Shown here piece after piece: positions 61,280 through 64,000 of a stretch of DNA of 64,000 nucleotides. The stretch lies in NCBI RefSeq assembly GCF_009914755.1, contig NC_060938.1. One strand, given 5' to 3'. The notes beneath the pieces were generated by a model. The model searched no databases. It saw only the letters and a program-made list of their open reading frames with translations, and was not told the origin of the DNA. This stretch comes from the human T2T-CHM13v2.0 reference genome, Homo sapiens. The position numbers were made by a program, and so were the translations under genes. Each line of letters opens with the position of its first letter. Positions within the stretch are counted from its first letter, which is position 1.

Positions 61280-62851
61280 AATCAGTTGCATTTCTATACA
61301 CTACAATGAACAATCCGAAAAGGAAATTAAGACAACAATTCCATTTGCAGCAAAAAGGATAAAACACTTAGAAATAAACCTAACCAAGGAGGTTACACTT
61401 AATACACTGAAAACTATAAAATATTGCTGAAAGGAATTGTAGAAGATATAATAAATTGGAAACATCCCATATTCTTGGAAGACTTACTATTAAGATGTCA
61501 GTACTATTCAAAATGATCTACAGATTCAATGCAATCCTTATTAAAATCCCAATTATTATTTTTTTGGGCAGAAATAGAGAAAGCTGTCTTAAAATTCATA
61601 CAAAATCTCAAGGGACTCCCAAATAGCCAAAACAATCTTTAAAAAGGTGAACAAACCTGGAAAACTCACACTTCCTGATTTCAAAATTTAATACAAAGCT
61701 ACAGTAATCAAGCTACAGTAGACAAGAGATAGAAACAGCCCAAACATCCATCAGTAATTAAATGGATCAGCAAAATGTGGTATATGCTACAATAGAATAT
61801 TATTGATCTCTAAAAGTGAATGAATTTCTGACATATGCTACAATATAGATGAACCTTGAGAACATTATGAGTAAAATAAGCTAGTCACAAAAAGATAAAT
61901 AATGTATCATTCCACTTATATGAGGTACTTAGCATGGTTAAAATCAGAAAGATAGAAAGTAGAATGGTGGTTGCCAGAGGCTGGGGAGAGCAAGGAATGG
62001 AGAGTTATTGTTTAATGGGCATAGAGTTTCAGTATTACAAGATGAAGAATTAAGAAGATGGATGATGGTGATGATTGCACATTATGAATATATTTAATAC
62101 CATTAAACTATGCACTTAAATTGGCTAAGATGGTAAATTTTTCTATGTGTATTTTACCACAATTTTTAAAATGAAGGAAAAGATTAAAGTTAGTAACAAA
62201 AAAGCCATTTGAAAGTAAGTTGCAGACATGTATTTTCTAATAAAAACATTCTCTCTTATTTAAACACAATACCATTATCACATGTAAAAAATCTAACACT
62301 GATACAAGAATATTATCTAGTATATAGTTTATATTCCAAAAAATATATATATAAACAGTAATTTTTACACAGAAAAAAATTAGTTAACATTTTGGCATTT
62401 CATTTCAATCTTTTTATATATTTATATTTTGACACAGTTGAATGAATACACATTATATATAACAACGTACTACTAGCTTTTTAATTTTTTCAACTACCAA
62501 TGTATATTACAAATTCTATGATGGCATTATTTTAAAATGCTTTATAAAAATAAAAAGTGATGTGTCTTGAAGCAGAACTGCCGAGCTGCAAACAACCTGG
62601 GTGTGAGTCACAGGATATTAGGATAAGCCTGTCCACCAGGGATATAAATTTGATTGCATGTGACTTGTGTCAACTTTGGAGAAAACAAGAGCAAACGTAA
62701 AGCAAGGCAATGGAAATTGTTTTTAAATGAGCCATTCAGCCTCTAAGGCAAGTTACAGGGCAGCAATTGAAATTCAAAGGGAAAGCATCAACATGTCAGG
62801 TTTACCATCTTTAAATTACACATCCCTTTTTCATTCATTCCTTCAAAATAG

Positions 62852-63199
<348 letters not shown>

Positions 63200-63777
63200 T
63201 CAAAATTACTGGCACTATCTGGTCATTTAGCAGTTATGCAAGCTCTAATCAGTCACACATTCAGGCCCTTGAAATTCTAATACCTACACAGTTGGAATAA
63301 ATAAAAAGTTAATCTTTATATTTTCCATCCACCAAAAATAATTTATAACCTTGAATCAGCAGGGTAGTAGAGAGATCACTGCTTTTTATAATATAAATCT
63401 ACATATTCCAATCTGCTCTAGTCAGTAGCATTTACATCTTATTGTCTGACTATGCTTAAGTACCTTAAAGCTATGATGTTCAAGTAGAGGGTTATTTCAT
63501 TCCGAGTTTAAATTTAATATAAATTACACTGTTAAAAATGTAACAGAACTATGAATAAAAGTAAAGTCAATTAAATAGTGAATTGCCTTAATACCTAATA
63601 CTAAGGTACCTAATATCTTAATACTGAATAAAACGTAAACTATAACCAAGTCAAGTGATTTCTGCATAGTGACAGTATGGTTTCGAACTGTTAAGAAAGT
63701 AAAACCAATTTAAATAAGCTTTCTTCAGTCTAAGAGTTTCAAAATGCTGCCTAAATTTCAGTGTCAAAGATAAGTAT

Positions 63778-64000
63778 TTCCAGCAAGATGGCAGCACAGG
63801 AGTTTCCAATGCTTATCCCCTTGCAGAATCATCAATTTGAACAACTATCTACATAAGAAAATAGATTCACAAGAGCTCAGGAATCTGGGTGAGAGATGAC
63901 AGCACCTGGGTAAACCACAGAAATGAAAAAAAGATGCATTAAAGGAGGTAGGAAGGACAGTTTTACTTTGCCCATGCCACCTCTCTCCCAGCCCAAGTTT
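63778..64000 (+). mobile_element. Probable 5' end of an old L1M element running off the window
   Basis: TTCCAGCAAGATGGCAG start and 5'UTR-like sequence resembling 15330 onward. Confidence 0.5.

Overview
Primate, very probably human, intergenic DNA made mostly of interspersed repeats (L1PA/PB/MA/MB/MC, Alu, MaLR and MLT2 LTRs, a full-length Tigger1, MER44, MIR, L2). I can support no intact protein-coding gene. The one gene-like element is a ~2.8 kb L1-mediated retrocopy of the long-3'UTR RBM8A (Y14) mRNA at 44010-46842, with a premature stop at codon 86, a polyA tail and a TSD; it matches the known RBM8B locus on 14q. On the opposite strand the same insertion carries exons 2 and 3 of the type II GnRH receptor gene, with the intron, the splice sites and the exon-2 UGA stop retained (GNRHR2P1). 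The less expected signal is a series of templated, repair-like rearrangements inside the old repeats. These include a 201-bp inverted copy of unique DNA, bracketed by 28-bp inverted repeats, inside an L1 3' end; a 47-bp segment copied from 4 kb away into an LTR; a fold-back hairpin in Tigger1; and an L1 missing most of ORF2 exactly at the Tigger1 boundary. Repeat subfamily names and comparisons with consensus or parent sequences come from memory and need RepeatMasker/BLAST confirmation.
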